A DNA stretch of 64,000 nt from an uncultured Actinomycetes bacterium. Lineage in GTDB: Bacteria; Actinomycetota; Actinomycetes; S36-B12; CAIYMF01. The stretch is taken from NCBI GenBank assembly GCA_963700455.1, contig CAVOXP010000002.1, positions 152,011 to 216,010 on the forward strand, read 5' to 3'. The notes beneath the pieces were generated by a model, which worked only from the letters and a program-made list of their open reading frames with translations, was not told where the DNA came from and did not search any database. Below, in pieces: positions 10,345 through 18,541 of the stretch. The position numbers and the translations under genes are program-made. Each line of letters starts with the position of its first letter. Position 1 is the first letter of the stretch.

Positions 10345-11022
10345 ATGAGGCGCACGATGACAGCAGCCGTGGTCGGGGTTGCCCTGGCCGGCATGGCCGG
10401 TGCGGGCATCGCCGTGGCGGCCACCGGCAACGGCCCGGGCAGCAGGCTGGCCGACGTGCTGGCCAGCCTGGTGCAGAAGGGCACCATCAACCAGCAGCAG
10501 GCAGACGCCGTCGAGAAGGCGCTCGGGGATGCGCGCGCGGAGGACCTGGCCCAGCGCCAGCAGCACCGCGCCGAGCAGCAGGCCGAGGTCGACGCACTGC
10601 TCAAGGACACCCTCGGGCTGACCCGCGATCAGCTGCGCGAGCGGCTGGCCGCAGGGGAGACCCTGCGCGAGATCGCCGGCGACAACGCCGACGAGTTCGC
10701 CGCGGGCCTGCAGGAGATGCAGAAGGAGCACCTCGACGCGGCGGTGGCCGATGGCCGGATGACCCAGGAGCAGGCCGACCAGATCCGGGCGCGCAGCCAG
10801 GAGCGGATCCAGGCCTGGCTCGATGGCCAGGACGTCGGGCTGGGCCGCGAGTTCGGCCTGGGCCCGCTCGGCCGCGGGATGGGTGACGGGATGCCCGGCG
10901 ACGGCATGGGCATGGGCCGCGGACCCGGCGGCCACCACGGCATGGGTGGCTGGGGCCTCGACGACGGCGGTGACGACACCACCACCGGCAGCACGTCGAC
11001 GACGACGTTCGTCGCCTCCTGA
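10345..11022 (+). CDS. Secreted hypothetical protein with helical (T/M)x(E/Q)QAD repeats and a Gly/Met/His-rich tail
   Basis: ATG at 10345 follows GAGGAGG. Signal peptide MRRTMTAAVVGVALAGMAGAGIAVAA. Repeated INQQQADAVEKAL / MTQEQADQIRARS motifs and the tail GRGMGDGMPGDGMGMGRGPGGHHGMGGWG. Confidence 0.6.
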   Translation: MRRTMTAAVVGVALAGMAGAGIAVAATGNGPGSRLADVLASLVQKGTINQQQADAVEKALGDARAEDLAQRQQHRAEQQAEVDALLKDTLGLTRDQLRERLAAGETLREIAGDNADEFAAGLQEMQKEHLDAAVADGRMTQEQADQIRARSQERIQAWLDGQDVGLGREFGLGPLGRGMGDGMPGDGMGMGRGPGGHHGMGGWGLDDGGDDTTTGSTSTTTFVAS

Positions 11023-11043
11023 CGGGCGGGCGCGGCCCAAGGC

Positions 11044-11077
11044 GGGGTGGGTCCGGCTCAGCGGGCGGGCCCACCCC
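11044..11077. terminator. Hairpin in the convergent intergenic region (GGGGTGGG...CCCACCCC)
   Basis: 8-bp arms at 11044-11051 and 11070-11077, between the stop of the 10345..11022 gene and the stop of coaX. No T-tract. Confidence 0.35.
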
Positions 11078-11091
11078 AGCGGGGTCACCGG

Positions 11092-11122
11092 GGCGCGGAA
11101 CCGACTCGATCGGTTCCGCGCC
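11092..11122. terminator. Perfect 13-bp stem hairpin, candidate bidirectional terminator
   Basis: GGCGCGGAACCGA-ctcga-TCGGTTCCGCGCC, read directly from the sequence between two convergent stop codons. Confidence 0.55.
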
Positions 11123-11158
11123 CTGCTGCTCGTGGCTGGAGCGGCGGGGGCGCCGTGC

Positions 11159-11923
11159 TCAGCGGGGGGTGTTCTTGGCGTAGATGAGGTCCAGGCCGAT
11201 CAGCGTCAGGTCCGGCTCGTGATGCGTGATCGTCCGGGACTCCGCGACGACGATCGGCGCCAGGCCGCCGGTGGCGATCACCGCGGCGACCGAGCCGCCG
11301 AGCTCCGCGATGATCCGGTCGACCAGGCCGTCGACCTGCCCGGCGAACCCGTACAGGGCCCCGGACTGCAGGGCCTCGACGGTGTTCTTGCCGATGACCG
11401 AGCGGGGTCGGACCAGCTCGACCTTGCGCAGCTGGGCGGCCCGGGAGGACAGCGCGTCCAGCGAGATCTCGATCCCGGGGGCCAGCGCCCCGCCGAGGAA
11501 CTCCCCCTTGGCGCTGACGACGTCGAGGTTGGTCGAGGTGCCGAAGTCCACGACGATCGCCGGACCGCCGAACAGGTGGTGCGCGGCCAGCGTGTTCACG
11601 ATCCGGTCGGCACCCACCTCCTTCGGGTTGTCGGTGAGCAGCGGAACGCCGGTCTTGGTCCCCGGCTCCACGATGACCGCCGGGACGTTCGCCCAGTAGC
11701 GCGTGAGCATCTCGCGCATCTCGTGCAGCACCGACGGGACCGTCGAGCACAGGGCGACACCGGTGATCGTCGGCACGTCGGTCAGCAGCCCCCGGAAGAT
11801 CAGGGCGATCTCGTCGGCGGTGGCACGGGGGTCGGTCTTGATCCGCCAGGAGTGCACCAGCGAATGGTCCTCGAACAGGCCCAGGACGGTGTTGGTGTTC
11901 CCGACGTCGATCGTGAGCAGCAT
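11159..11923 (-). CDS. coaX: Type III pantothenate kinase
   Basis: ORF 11159..12457(-) trimmed to MLLTIDVGNTNTV (ATG 11921-11923). Motifs DFGTSTN and ATGGLA. 254 aa. Confidence 0.93.
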   Translation of the reverse strand: MLLTIDVGNTNTVLGLFEDHSLVHSWRIKTDPRATADEIALIFRGLLTDVPTITGVALCSTVPSVLHEMREMLTRYWANVPAVIVEPGTKTGVPLLTDNPKEVGADRIVNTLAAHHLFGGPAIVVDFGTSTNLDVVSAKGEFLGGALAPGIEISLDALSSRAAQLRKVELVRPRSVIGKNTVEALQSGALYGFAGQVDGLVDRIIAELGGSVAAVIATGGLAPIVVAESRTITHHEPDLTLIGLDLIYAKNTPR

Positions 11924-11925
11924 GG

Positions 11926-12804
11926 TCACTCCTCGAGTGGCCGCAGGTCGGCGCCGATGTCGAGCGCCGCAGCGGAATGGGTCAGGGCGCCGACGGCCAG
12001 GAAGTCCACGCCCGTCAAGGCGTAGTCGCGCGCGACCGCCAGGCTCAGCCCGCCGGAGGACTCGAGCTGGCAGCGGCCGGCGACCAGGGCCACCGCCTCG
12101 GCGGTCTGGGCGGGCGTGAAGTTGTCCAGCAGGACCAGGTCGGCGCCGGCGGCCACGACCTCGGCCAGCTGCGCGAGCGAGTCGACCTCGACCTCGACGG
12201 GGATGCCCGGGAAGCGCGAGCGGACCGCCTCGAAGGCCTGCGCGACGCCGCCTGCGGCGACCACGTGGTTGTCCTTGACCAGGGCGGCGTCCCACAGGCC
12301 CATCCGGTGGTTCACCCCACCCCCGCAGCGGACCGCGTACTTCTCCAGCGCGCGCAGGCCCGGCGTCGTCTTGCGGCTGTCCCGGACCCGCGCGCCCGTG
12401 CCCTCGAGGGCCCGCGCCCAGGCGGCGGTCGCGGTCGCGACACCGGACAGGTGGCACAGCAGGTTCAGGGCCGTGCGCTCGCAGACCAGGAGCGAGCGCG
12501 TCAGCCCGGTCACCGTGAGGACCACGTCGCCGGGCTCGACCCGGTCGCCGTCCGAGCGCACGAGGGTGACGCGGCTCTGCCCACCGGACTCGACCTCGAA
12601 CACGCGGCCAGCCACCGGGATGCCCGCCACGACACCCGCCGCGCGGGCGACGAGGTCCAGGGTCGAGCGCTGGTCGGCCGGCACGGTCGCCACCGAGGTG
12701 ACGTCCACCCCGCCGCCGAGGTCCTCGGCCAGCGTCGCCCGAACGAGGGCGTCGACCGCCGCCACGTCGAGCCCCTGCGCCCGGAGCAGGTCAGGAAGTC
12801 CCAT
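11926..12804 (-). CDS. nadC: Nicotinate-nucleotide pyrophosphorylase (quinolinate phosphoribosyltransferase)
   Basis: 292-aa ORF. QPRTase hallmarks LAEDLGGG.DVTS, RKTTPGLR and KDNHV, plus the C-terminal TIM-barrel part. Confidence 0.93.
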   Translation of the reverse strand: MGLPDLLRAQGLDVAAVDALVRATLAEDLGGGVDVTSVATVPADQRSTLDLVARAAGVVAGIPVAGRVFEVESGGQSRVTLVRSDGDRVEPGDVVLTVTGLTRSLLVCERTALNLLCHLSGVATATAAWARALEGTGARVRDSRKTTPGLRALEKYAVRCGGGVNHRMGLWDAALVKDNHVVAAGGVAQAFEAVRSRFPGIPVEVEVDSLAQLAEVVAAGADLVLLDNFTPAQTAEAVALVAGRCQLESSGGLSLAVARDYALTGVDFLAVGALTHSAAALDIGADLRPLEE

Positions 12805-12814
12805 CGTCGCCCCC

Positions 12815-14500
12815 TCAGGTCCCCGGGGTGCGGTAGTCGTGCGGGGCGACCGGCTCGCGACGCGAGCGCACGACCCCGTCGGCGTCGGCCACCGCCACGA
12901 GCCGCACGCGCCAGCGCTCGTCGTCCACGTCCGGGAAGTCCTCGCGCCAGTGCGAGCCGCGGGTCTCCTCCCGGGCCAGGGCGTGCATGGCCAGGACCGT
13001 GGAGATGGCGTGCAGGTTCGTCGCCTCCCAGGCGTCGAGGCTGCGGCCCTGCGGGTGGTCCCCGACCACCATGCGGCTCAGCCCCGCCAGGGCCGCCGTC
13101 AGGGACCCCGCGGTGCGCAGCACGCCCACCCCCTCGGTCATCAGCGCCTGCATCGGGCGACGGTCCGCCTGCGAGACCAGTCCCCGGTGGGTCGGGCGCA
13201 CCACCGGGTCCCGCCGCTGGGGCAGCCCCGCGGCCAGCGCCGCGACGATCCGCTCCGGGAAGACCAGACCCTCGAGCAGGGAGTTCGAGGCCAGGCGGTT
13301 CGCGCCGTGCACGCCGGTGCAGGCCACCTCCCCGGCGGCGTAGAGCCCGGGGATGCTGGCGCGCCCGTGCAGGTCGGTGCGGATGCCGCCCGAGGCGTAG
13401 TGCTGGGCGGGCGCGACCGGGATGAGCTCGCGCTCCGGGTTGATCCCGTGCCGGCGGCACGAGTCCAGGATCGTGGGGAACCGTGTGGCCCATCGGGCCC
13501 CGAGGGCGCGGGCATCCAGCCACATGTGCGCCCGGCCCTGCTCGCGCATGCGCCGGGTGATCGCCTTGGCCACCACGTCGCGCGGGGCGAGGTCGGCCAG
13601 CGGGTGCACGCCCTGCATGAACCGGACGCCCTCGTCGTCGACGAGGAAGGCCCCCTCCCCACGGACCGCCTCGCTGACCAGCGGCTGCTGCCCGGTCGAG
13701 TCCGGCCCCAGGTACATCACCGTCGGGTGGAACTGCACGAACTCGAGGTCGGCCACCTCGGCGCCGGCGCGCAGCGCCATGGCCATCCCGTCCCCGGTGG
13801 CGACGGGCGGGTTCGTCGTCTGGGCGAACACCTGGCCCAGCCCGCCGGTCGCGACGACGACCGCGGGGGCGAGCACGGCGCCGACCCCGTCCTTCTGGCC
13901 CTCGCCGATCACGTGCAGCGTGATGCCCTGCACGCCCCCGTGCTCGTCGGTGAGCAGGTCGAGGGCCAGTGCGTGCTCGACGAGCTCGATCCCCGGGTCG
14001 TCGGCGATCGCGGCGACGAGCGCGCGGAAGATCTCGGCGCCGGTCGCGTCGCCGCCCGCGTGGGCGATCCGGTCGCGCAGGTGGCCGCCCTCCCGGGTCA
14101 GGGCGAGGTCGCCGGCCACGTCCTTGTCGAACCTCGCCCCTGCGCTGATCAGGTTGCGCACGGAGGCCGGGCCCCGGGTGCACAGCTCGTGGACGGCCGC
14201 CGGGTCGCAGAGCCCTGCTCCGGCGACCAGCGTGTCCCGCTCGTGGTCGGCGGGGGAGTCCTCATCAGCCAGCGCAGCGGCGATCCCGCCCTGCGCCCAC
14301 CGGGTGGACCCCTCCTCGACGTACGACTTGGTGACGATCAGGACACGGTGGCCCAGCCGGCGGATGTTCAGCGCCAGGGACAGCCCAGCGACCCCCGACC
14401 CGATGACGACGACGTCGGCGTGCGTGGTCCAGCCCGGCTCGGGCGCTGCCAGCGAGGTGGGGATGACCAGCAGCCCGGGACGGGGCGCCGGCGTGTTCAT
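12815..14500 (-). CDS. nadB: L-aspartate oxidase
   Basis: 561-aa ORF. FAD fold VVIGSGVAGLS, RWAQGGIAA and IPGLYAAGEVACTGVHGANRLASNSLLEG. Confidence 0.95.
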   Translation of the reverse strand: MNTPAPRPGLLVIPTSLAAPEPGWTTHADVVVIGSGVAGLSLALNIRRLGHRVLIVTKSYVEEGSTRWAQGGIAAALADEDSPADHERDTLVAGAGLCDPAAVHELCTRGPASVRNLISAGARFDKDVAGDLALTREGGHLRDRIAHAGGDATGAEIFRALVAAIADDPGIELVEHALALDLLTDEHGGVQGITLHVIGEGQKDGVGAVLAPAVVVATGGLGQVFAQTTNPPVATGDGMAMALRAGAEVADLEFVQFHPTVMYLGPDSTGQQPLVSEAVRGEGAFLVDDEGVRFMQGVHPLADLAPRDVVAKAITRRMREQGRAHMWLDARALGARWATRFPTILDSCRRHGINPERELIPVAPAQHYASGGIRTDLHGRASIPGLYAAGEVACTGVHGANRLASNSLLEGLVFPERIVAALAAGLPQRRDPVVRPTHRGLVSQADRRPMQALMTEGVGVLRTAGSLTAALAGLSRMVVGDHPQGRSLDAWEATNLHAISTVLAMHALAREETRGSHWREDFPDVDDERWRVRLVAVADADGVVRSRREPVAPHDYRTPGT

Positions 14501-15402
14501 CCCCGCAACGTAACGGGTGTGTTGTCGATCAGTCGCGTCTGGCCGACCCTGGTCGCCAGCAGCAGCCGGGCGGGGCCGACCTCCGGCGCGGGGCCCAGCT
14601 CGGCGTCGGTGAGCGCCACGTAGTCCGGGGTCAGGCCCACGCGCATGAGCTCCAGCTCGGCGGCGCCGACGACGGCGTCGGCGGACCTGCCGAGGTCCGC
14701 CGCGGTGACGCCTGCGGCCAGGGCAGCGGGGATCGCCGCGGCCTGCGCCCGCTCCTGCTCGGAGAGGTACCGGTTGCGGCTCGACCGGGCCAGCCCGTCG
14801 GGCTCCCGGACGGTCGGCACGCCGTGCACCCGTACCGGCAGGTCGAGGTCGGCGACCATCCGGCGGATGAGCGTCAGCTGCTGGTAGTCCTTCTCGCCGA
14901 AGAAGGTGGCCTGCGGCCGGGTCATGTGGATCAGCTTGGTGACCACGGTGAGGACCCCCGCGAAGTGGCCCGGACGGGCCGCGCCCTCGAGGATCGCACC
15001 GAGCGGGCCGGGGTCGATGCGCACCTCGGGCTCACCCCGCGGGTAGAGCACCTCGGTGGCTGGGGCGAACACGAGGTCGACGTCCTCCTCGGCGCAGGCA
15101 TCGACGTCGGCCCGAAGGGAGCGGGGGTAGCGCTCGAGGTCCTCCCCGGCCCCGAACTGCAGCGGGTTGACGAAGATCGTCACCGTGACGTGCCCGGACG
15201 GGCCCACCTCGCCGCGGGCGGCACGGATCAGGGCGATGTGCCCCTCGTGCAGGGCCCCCATGGTGAACACGGCCGCGCGGGTGGCGCGCGCGGAGCGGAC
15301 GGTGGGCCTGGGCAGGCCCGCGTAGGCGTCGTCCAGCGACTCCCGGGTGCGCACCACCCGCATCACCGAGGGCGGGCCCGCGGGGACGTCCGTGCCGCTC
15401 AT
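14497..15402 (-). CDS. panC: Pantoate--beta-alanine ligase
   Basis: 301-aa ORF. Motifs MGALHEGHIALI (HxGH), FGEKDYQQ and RSSRN. 4-nt overlap with the nadB start. Confidence 0.94.
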   Translation of the reverse strand: MSGTDVPAGPPSVMRVVRTRESLDDAYAGLPRPTVRSARATRAAVFTMGALHEGHIALIRAARGEVGPSGHVTVTIFVNPLQFGAGEDLERYPRSLRADVDACAEEDVDLVFAPATEVLYPRGEPEVRIDPGPLGAILEGAARPGHFAGVLTVVTKLIHMTRPQATFFGEKDYQQLTLIRRMVADLDLPVRVHGVPTVREPDGLARSSRNRYLSEQERAQAAAIPAALAAGVTAADLGRSADAVVGAAELELMRVGLTPDYVALTDAELGPAPEVGPARLLLATRVGQTRLIDNTPVTLRG

Positions 15403-15554
15403 CGTGCTCCTCCTGTTCGCACCTGGCGCCGCCGGGATTCGCCCGTCCGCGGGGCTGGCTGCAGCGCCGCGGGCCGGGGCGTCCGTTTCCGGTGCCGTCC
15501 TGCCGGCGATGACCCTAACTTGTCCCGGGGGTCCCGGGTGCAGGCGGAGTCGCC

Positions 15555-16436
15555 TCAGCCCAGCACGTCGAGCAGCGCCTCGGCCGCCGCCGGGGCGAGC
15601 CGGCCGGCGGCGAGCGCCCGATCCGCGGTGAGCCGGGCCATGGCGACGTAGGCGGCCCGCGCCTCCGGTGCGGTGCGCGACAGGGCCTCGAGGTGCGCGG
15701 CCACGGTCGCGGCGTCCCCCCGGGCGACCGGGCCGGTGAGGGCGTCATCACCCATGGCCAGGACGTTGTCCAGCGCGGTGGTCAGCAGCGGGCGGACGAG
15801 CTCGGCGGGCTTCTCCACCCCGGCGCTGGAGAGCAGGTCGAGGGTCTGGGCGACGAGCGTGACCAGGTGGTTGGCCCCGTTGGCCAGCGCCGCGTGGTAC
15901 AGCGGGCGGGCCTCCTCCGGGACCCACACCGGGTCGCCGCCCATCTCCACGACGAGCGCCTCGGCCACGGGCCTGAGCACCGTGGGCGCGGTCACCCCGA
16001 ACGGGCATCCGGCGAGCCGGTCGACGTCGGCTCGGGCCCCGGTGAACGTCATCACGGGGTGCAGCGCCATCGGCAGGGCGCCCTGTCGGGTGGCCGGCTC
16101 GAGGACCCCGATGCCGTACCGGCCCGACGCATGGACGAGGAACTGGCCCGGCGTCACCGACTCCGTCTCGGCCAGTCCCGCGACAAGTCCGCCCAGCACG
16201 TCGTCGGGGACGGTGAGCAGGACCAGGTCCGCCGCGGCCAGCACCTCCTCGGTGGACAGCAGCGGGGTGCCGGGCAGGAACTCCTCGACGCGGCGCCTGG
16301 ACCGACTGGACACGGCGTGCACGCCGACGACCGGGTGACCCGCCCGCGCCAGGGCGGCGGCCAGCGGGGCGCCGGCCCGGCCGACGCCGATCACGCCGAC
16401 CGCGAGGCGGGGTGCTGGGGCCTGGTCCGGGGTCAC
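15555..16436 (-). CDS. Rossmann-like / DUF2520 domain protein (Rv3603c-type)
   Basis: This is the C-terminal 293 codons of ORF 15555..18005. Candidate GTG start at 16434-16436, then the Rossmann motif VGVIGVGRAG and a DUF2520-like C-terminus (LTGPVARGD). No stop codon currently separates it from the upstream gene. Confidence 0.7.
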   Translation of the reverse strand: MTPDQAPAPRLAVGVIGVGRAGAPLAAALARAGHPVVGVHAVSSRSRRRVEEFLPGTPLLSTEEVLAAADLVLLTVPDDVLGGLVAGLAETESVTPGQFLVHASGRYGIGVLEPATRQGALPMALHPVMTFTGARADVDRLAGCPFGVTAPTVLRPVAEALVVEMGGDPVWVPEEARPLYHAALANGANHLVTLVAQTLDLLSSAGVEKPAELVRPLLTTALDNVLAMGDDALTGPVARGDAATVAAHLEALSRTAPEARAAYVAMARLTADRALAAGRLAPAAAEALLDVLG

Positions 16437-16485
16437 GGATGCGAGCCTGCCATCGCCCCCGGGGCGCGGTCCTGTCGGGGCCGGA

Positions 16486-18005
16486 TCAGGGTGCGACCGG
16501 AGGCAGCGGACCGGAGGGCTCCCCGACGGGCGGACCGGAGGGCTCCCCGACGGGCGGCTCGACCCGCTCCCGGCGGGCGGACCGGAGGGCTCCCCGGCGG
16601 GCGGCTCGACCCGCTCCCCGACGGGCGGCGCAGCCGGGGGCACGCGGGGCACCATCCACCGGTCCGCCGGCCCGGTGGCCCGGGCGCTGGCGGCCCGCAG
16701 CAGCTGCGCCTCGGCGATGGCGCGCGCCTGCCCGGCGTCGCGGTGCAGGCCGACCACCGACACCGGTCCCGGCGTGGTGTCCACGCGCACCGTGGCCAGG
16801 CCCAGAGCCCGCTGCCACGGGCCCTGGGTGACCCCGACCGATTGGGTCCGCGCGTGCGGGATGACCGCGACATGGCGGGTCAGGAAGCCCCGGCTGGTCA
16901 CGAACACGCGATCGTCGTGGGCCACCCCGAGGTTGGCCCACTGCAGCCACGCACGCCTGCGGGCGCGCGGGGGCGCGGGCTCGAACCGGAACGCCGAGAG
17001 GTCCACCCCGGGCAGGACCCGGTGCACGATGCGCGCCGCGACGTCGCGTGGGGCCACCGGGAGGAGCACCTGGCCCATCTGCCCCTCGTCCTGGCCGGAC
17101 TGCAGGCCGGCCACGGTCAGCGACACGCGCACCCAGCCGCGACGCCGCCACAGCAGCGGCTCGGAGATCTCGATGGCCTGCACCCGGCCCGGGGGCACGG
17201 TCTGGCTCTGGACGCTGGCCAGGCCGTGCCGCAGCCGCAGGCCGTCCGGGGACTCCGCGACGGTGAATCCGAAGAACCGCATGAACTGGCCGAACACGCC
17301 GATCAGTGGCAGGCCGCCGGTGATGAACAGCAGGACCAGCCCGCCCGCGCCCTCGGTCAACACGATCGACGCCACGATCAGCACCGAGGCGGCCAGCAGG
17401 AAGAACGTGTCGCTGCGCAGCAGGAGGCTCACGATCAGGTCCCCGGTCGGCACGGTGGCCAGCACCACCTCCGGTGCCTCCCCGGCGCCGGGCCCGACGC
17501 CCGCCGCCCTCGCGATGATCTCCGCGCGAAGGGCTTGGGCATCCTCCTCCGTCAGGTACGACAGGACCACGCGCGAGTCCCCGCCGCCGGCGACCTCGAT
17601 GCGCACCTGGGCCAGTCCGACGACGCGGCCGAGCAGGGGTCGCACCACGTCGACGCTCTGCAGTCGCGAGAGGGTCACCCGCCGCTCGCTGCGCTGCAGG
17701 ATTCCGGAGTCGAGTCGGAAGTCCCCGGAGGAGTCGAAGAAGAACTCCGTACGGGTCCACGACAGGTAGCTCAACCCAAGCGCGAGGCCGAGCACGAGGA
17801 TGACCCCCGACAGGGCGGTCAGCACGCCTGCGAGCCCGCCGGCCGCCGCGGCCTCCCGGATGCCGCCGAGGCCGAACACGAGCACCGCACCGATCAGCAG
17901 GCCCACCGATCGGATGGAGTTGACCACGGGCGTGAGCGGGTGGGTGCGCCGCCGCCGCTCGGGATCAGAGAACCCGACACCGGGCACCGGCTGATGTTCG
18001 GTCAC
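16486..18005 (-). CDS. YdbT-like membrane protein with repeated bacterial PH (bPH_2) domains; tail frame-shifted
   Basis: N-terminal 500 codons of ORF 15555..18005. TM hairpins alternate with PH-like modules. The ancestral stop is inferred at 16486-16488, which is the end of alternative-frame ORF 16486..17760 (...PVGEPSGPLPPVAP). The present frame instead runs on into DUF2520. Confidence 0.7.
16507..16625. repeat. Compound 24-nt tandem repeat (A-A-B-A'-B') encoding the Pro/Gly/Ser tail of the YdbT-like protein
   Basis: Units run 16507-16530 and 16531-16554 (identical), 16555-16577 (23 nt), 16578-16601 and 16602-16625. Unit B is 1 nt shorter than B' (C3 at 16569-16571 versus C4). Confidence 0.9.
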
Positions 18006-18508
18006 AGGCCGGCGCTGCGCTGCTCGCCGAGCGCGGCGAGCCGGTCGCGCAGCCCGGACGCCTCAGCCGGCGGCAGGCCGGGGATCGTCGCGTTGGTCGA
18101 CGCCGCCGCCGTGTGCAGCTGGACCGTGGTGACCCCGAGGGAGCGATCGATCGGTCCCGCGGTGATGTCCACCAGCTGCATCCGGCCGTAGGGGACGACG
18201 ACGAGCCTGCGGAACATGATGCCGCTGGTCACGAGCAGGTCGTCGGCCCGCTCGGCGTACCCGAACGAGCGCACGCGCCGGCCGATCAGCCACCACATCC
18301 ACGCCGTGAGCACGAGGGTGGCGGCGGCCAGCACCAGGGCGACCGTGCGCACCTGGCCCTCGGCCGCCACAACGCCCAGGACGAGGAGGACGGGGACCGC
18401 CACCAGCATCAGCGTGAGGCGCCGCGCCGTCGCCAGCTTGGGCGAGACGGGGTGCCACGGCTCCCCCGGCGGAGCGAATGCGTCATCGACGGACAGGGGC
18501 TCAGCCAT
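18002..18508 (-). CDS. YdbS-like PH-domain membrane protein
   Basis: 168 aa. Two TM helices followed by a bPH_2 module (LLVTSGIMFRRLVVVPYGRMQLVDI..GPIDRSLGV). 4-nt overlap with the downstream YdbT-like gene, the usual YdbS/YdbT pairing. Confidence 0.8.
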   Translation of the reverse strand: MAEPLSVDDAFAPPGEPWHPVSPKLATARRLTLMLVAVPVLLVLGVVAAEGQVRTVALVLAAATLVLTAWMWWLIGRRVRSFGYAERADDLLVTSGIMFRRLVVVPYGRMQLVDITAGPIDRSLGVTTVQLHTAAASTNATIPGLPPAEASGLRDRLAALGEQRSAGL

Positions 18509-18541
18509 GGGGCGATCCTAGGTCCGTCGTACGCTGCCCGC

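Noticed and set aside
16507-16625. A regular 24-nt repeat array that might suggest a CRISPR-like or regulatory repeat
   Set aside because: The units are directly adjacent with no spacers and lie inside a coding tail translated as Pro/Gly/Ser repeats. The same applies to 28122-28181 and 23032-23080. I saw no CRISPR array anywhere in the window.
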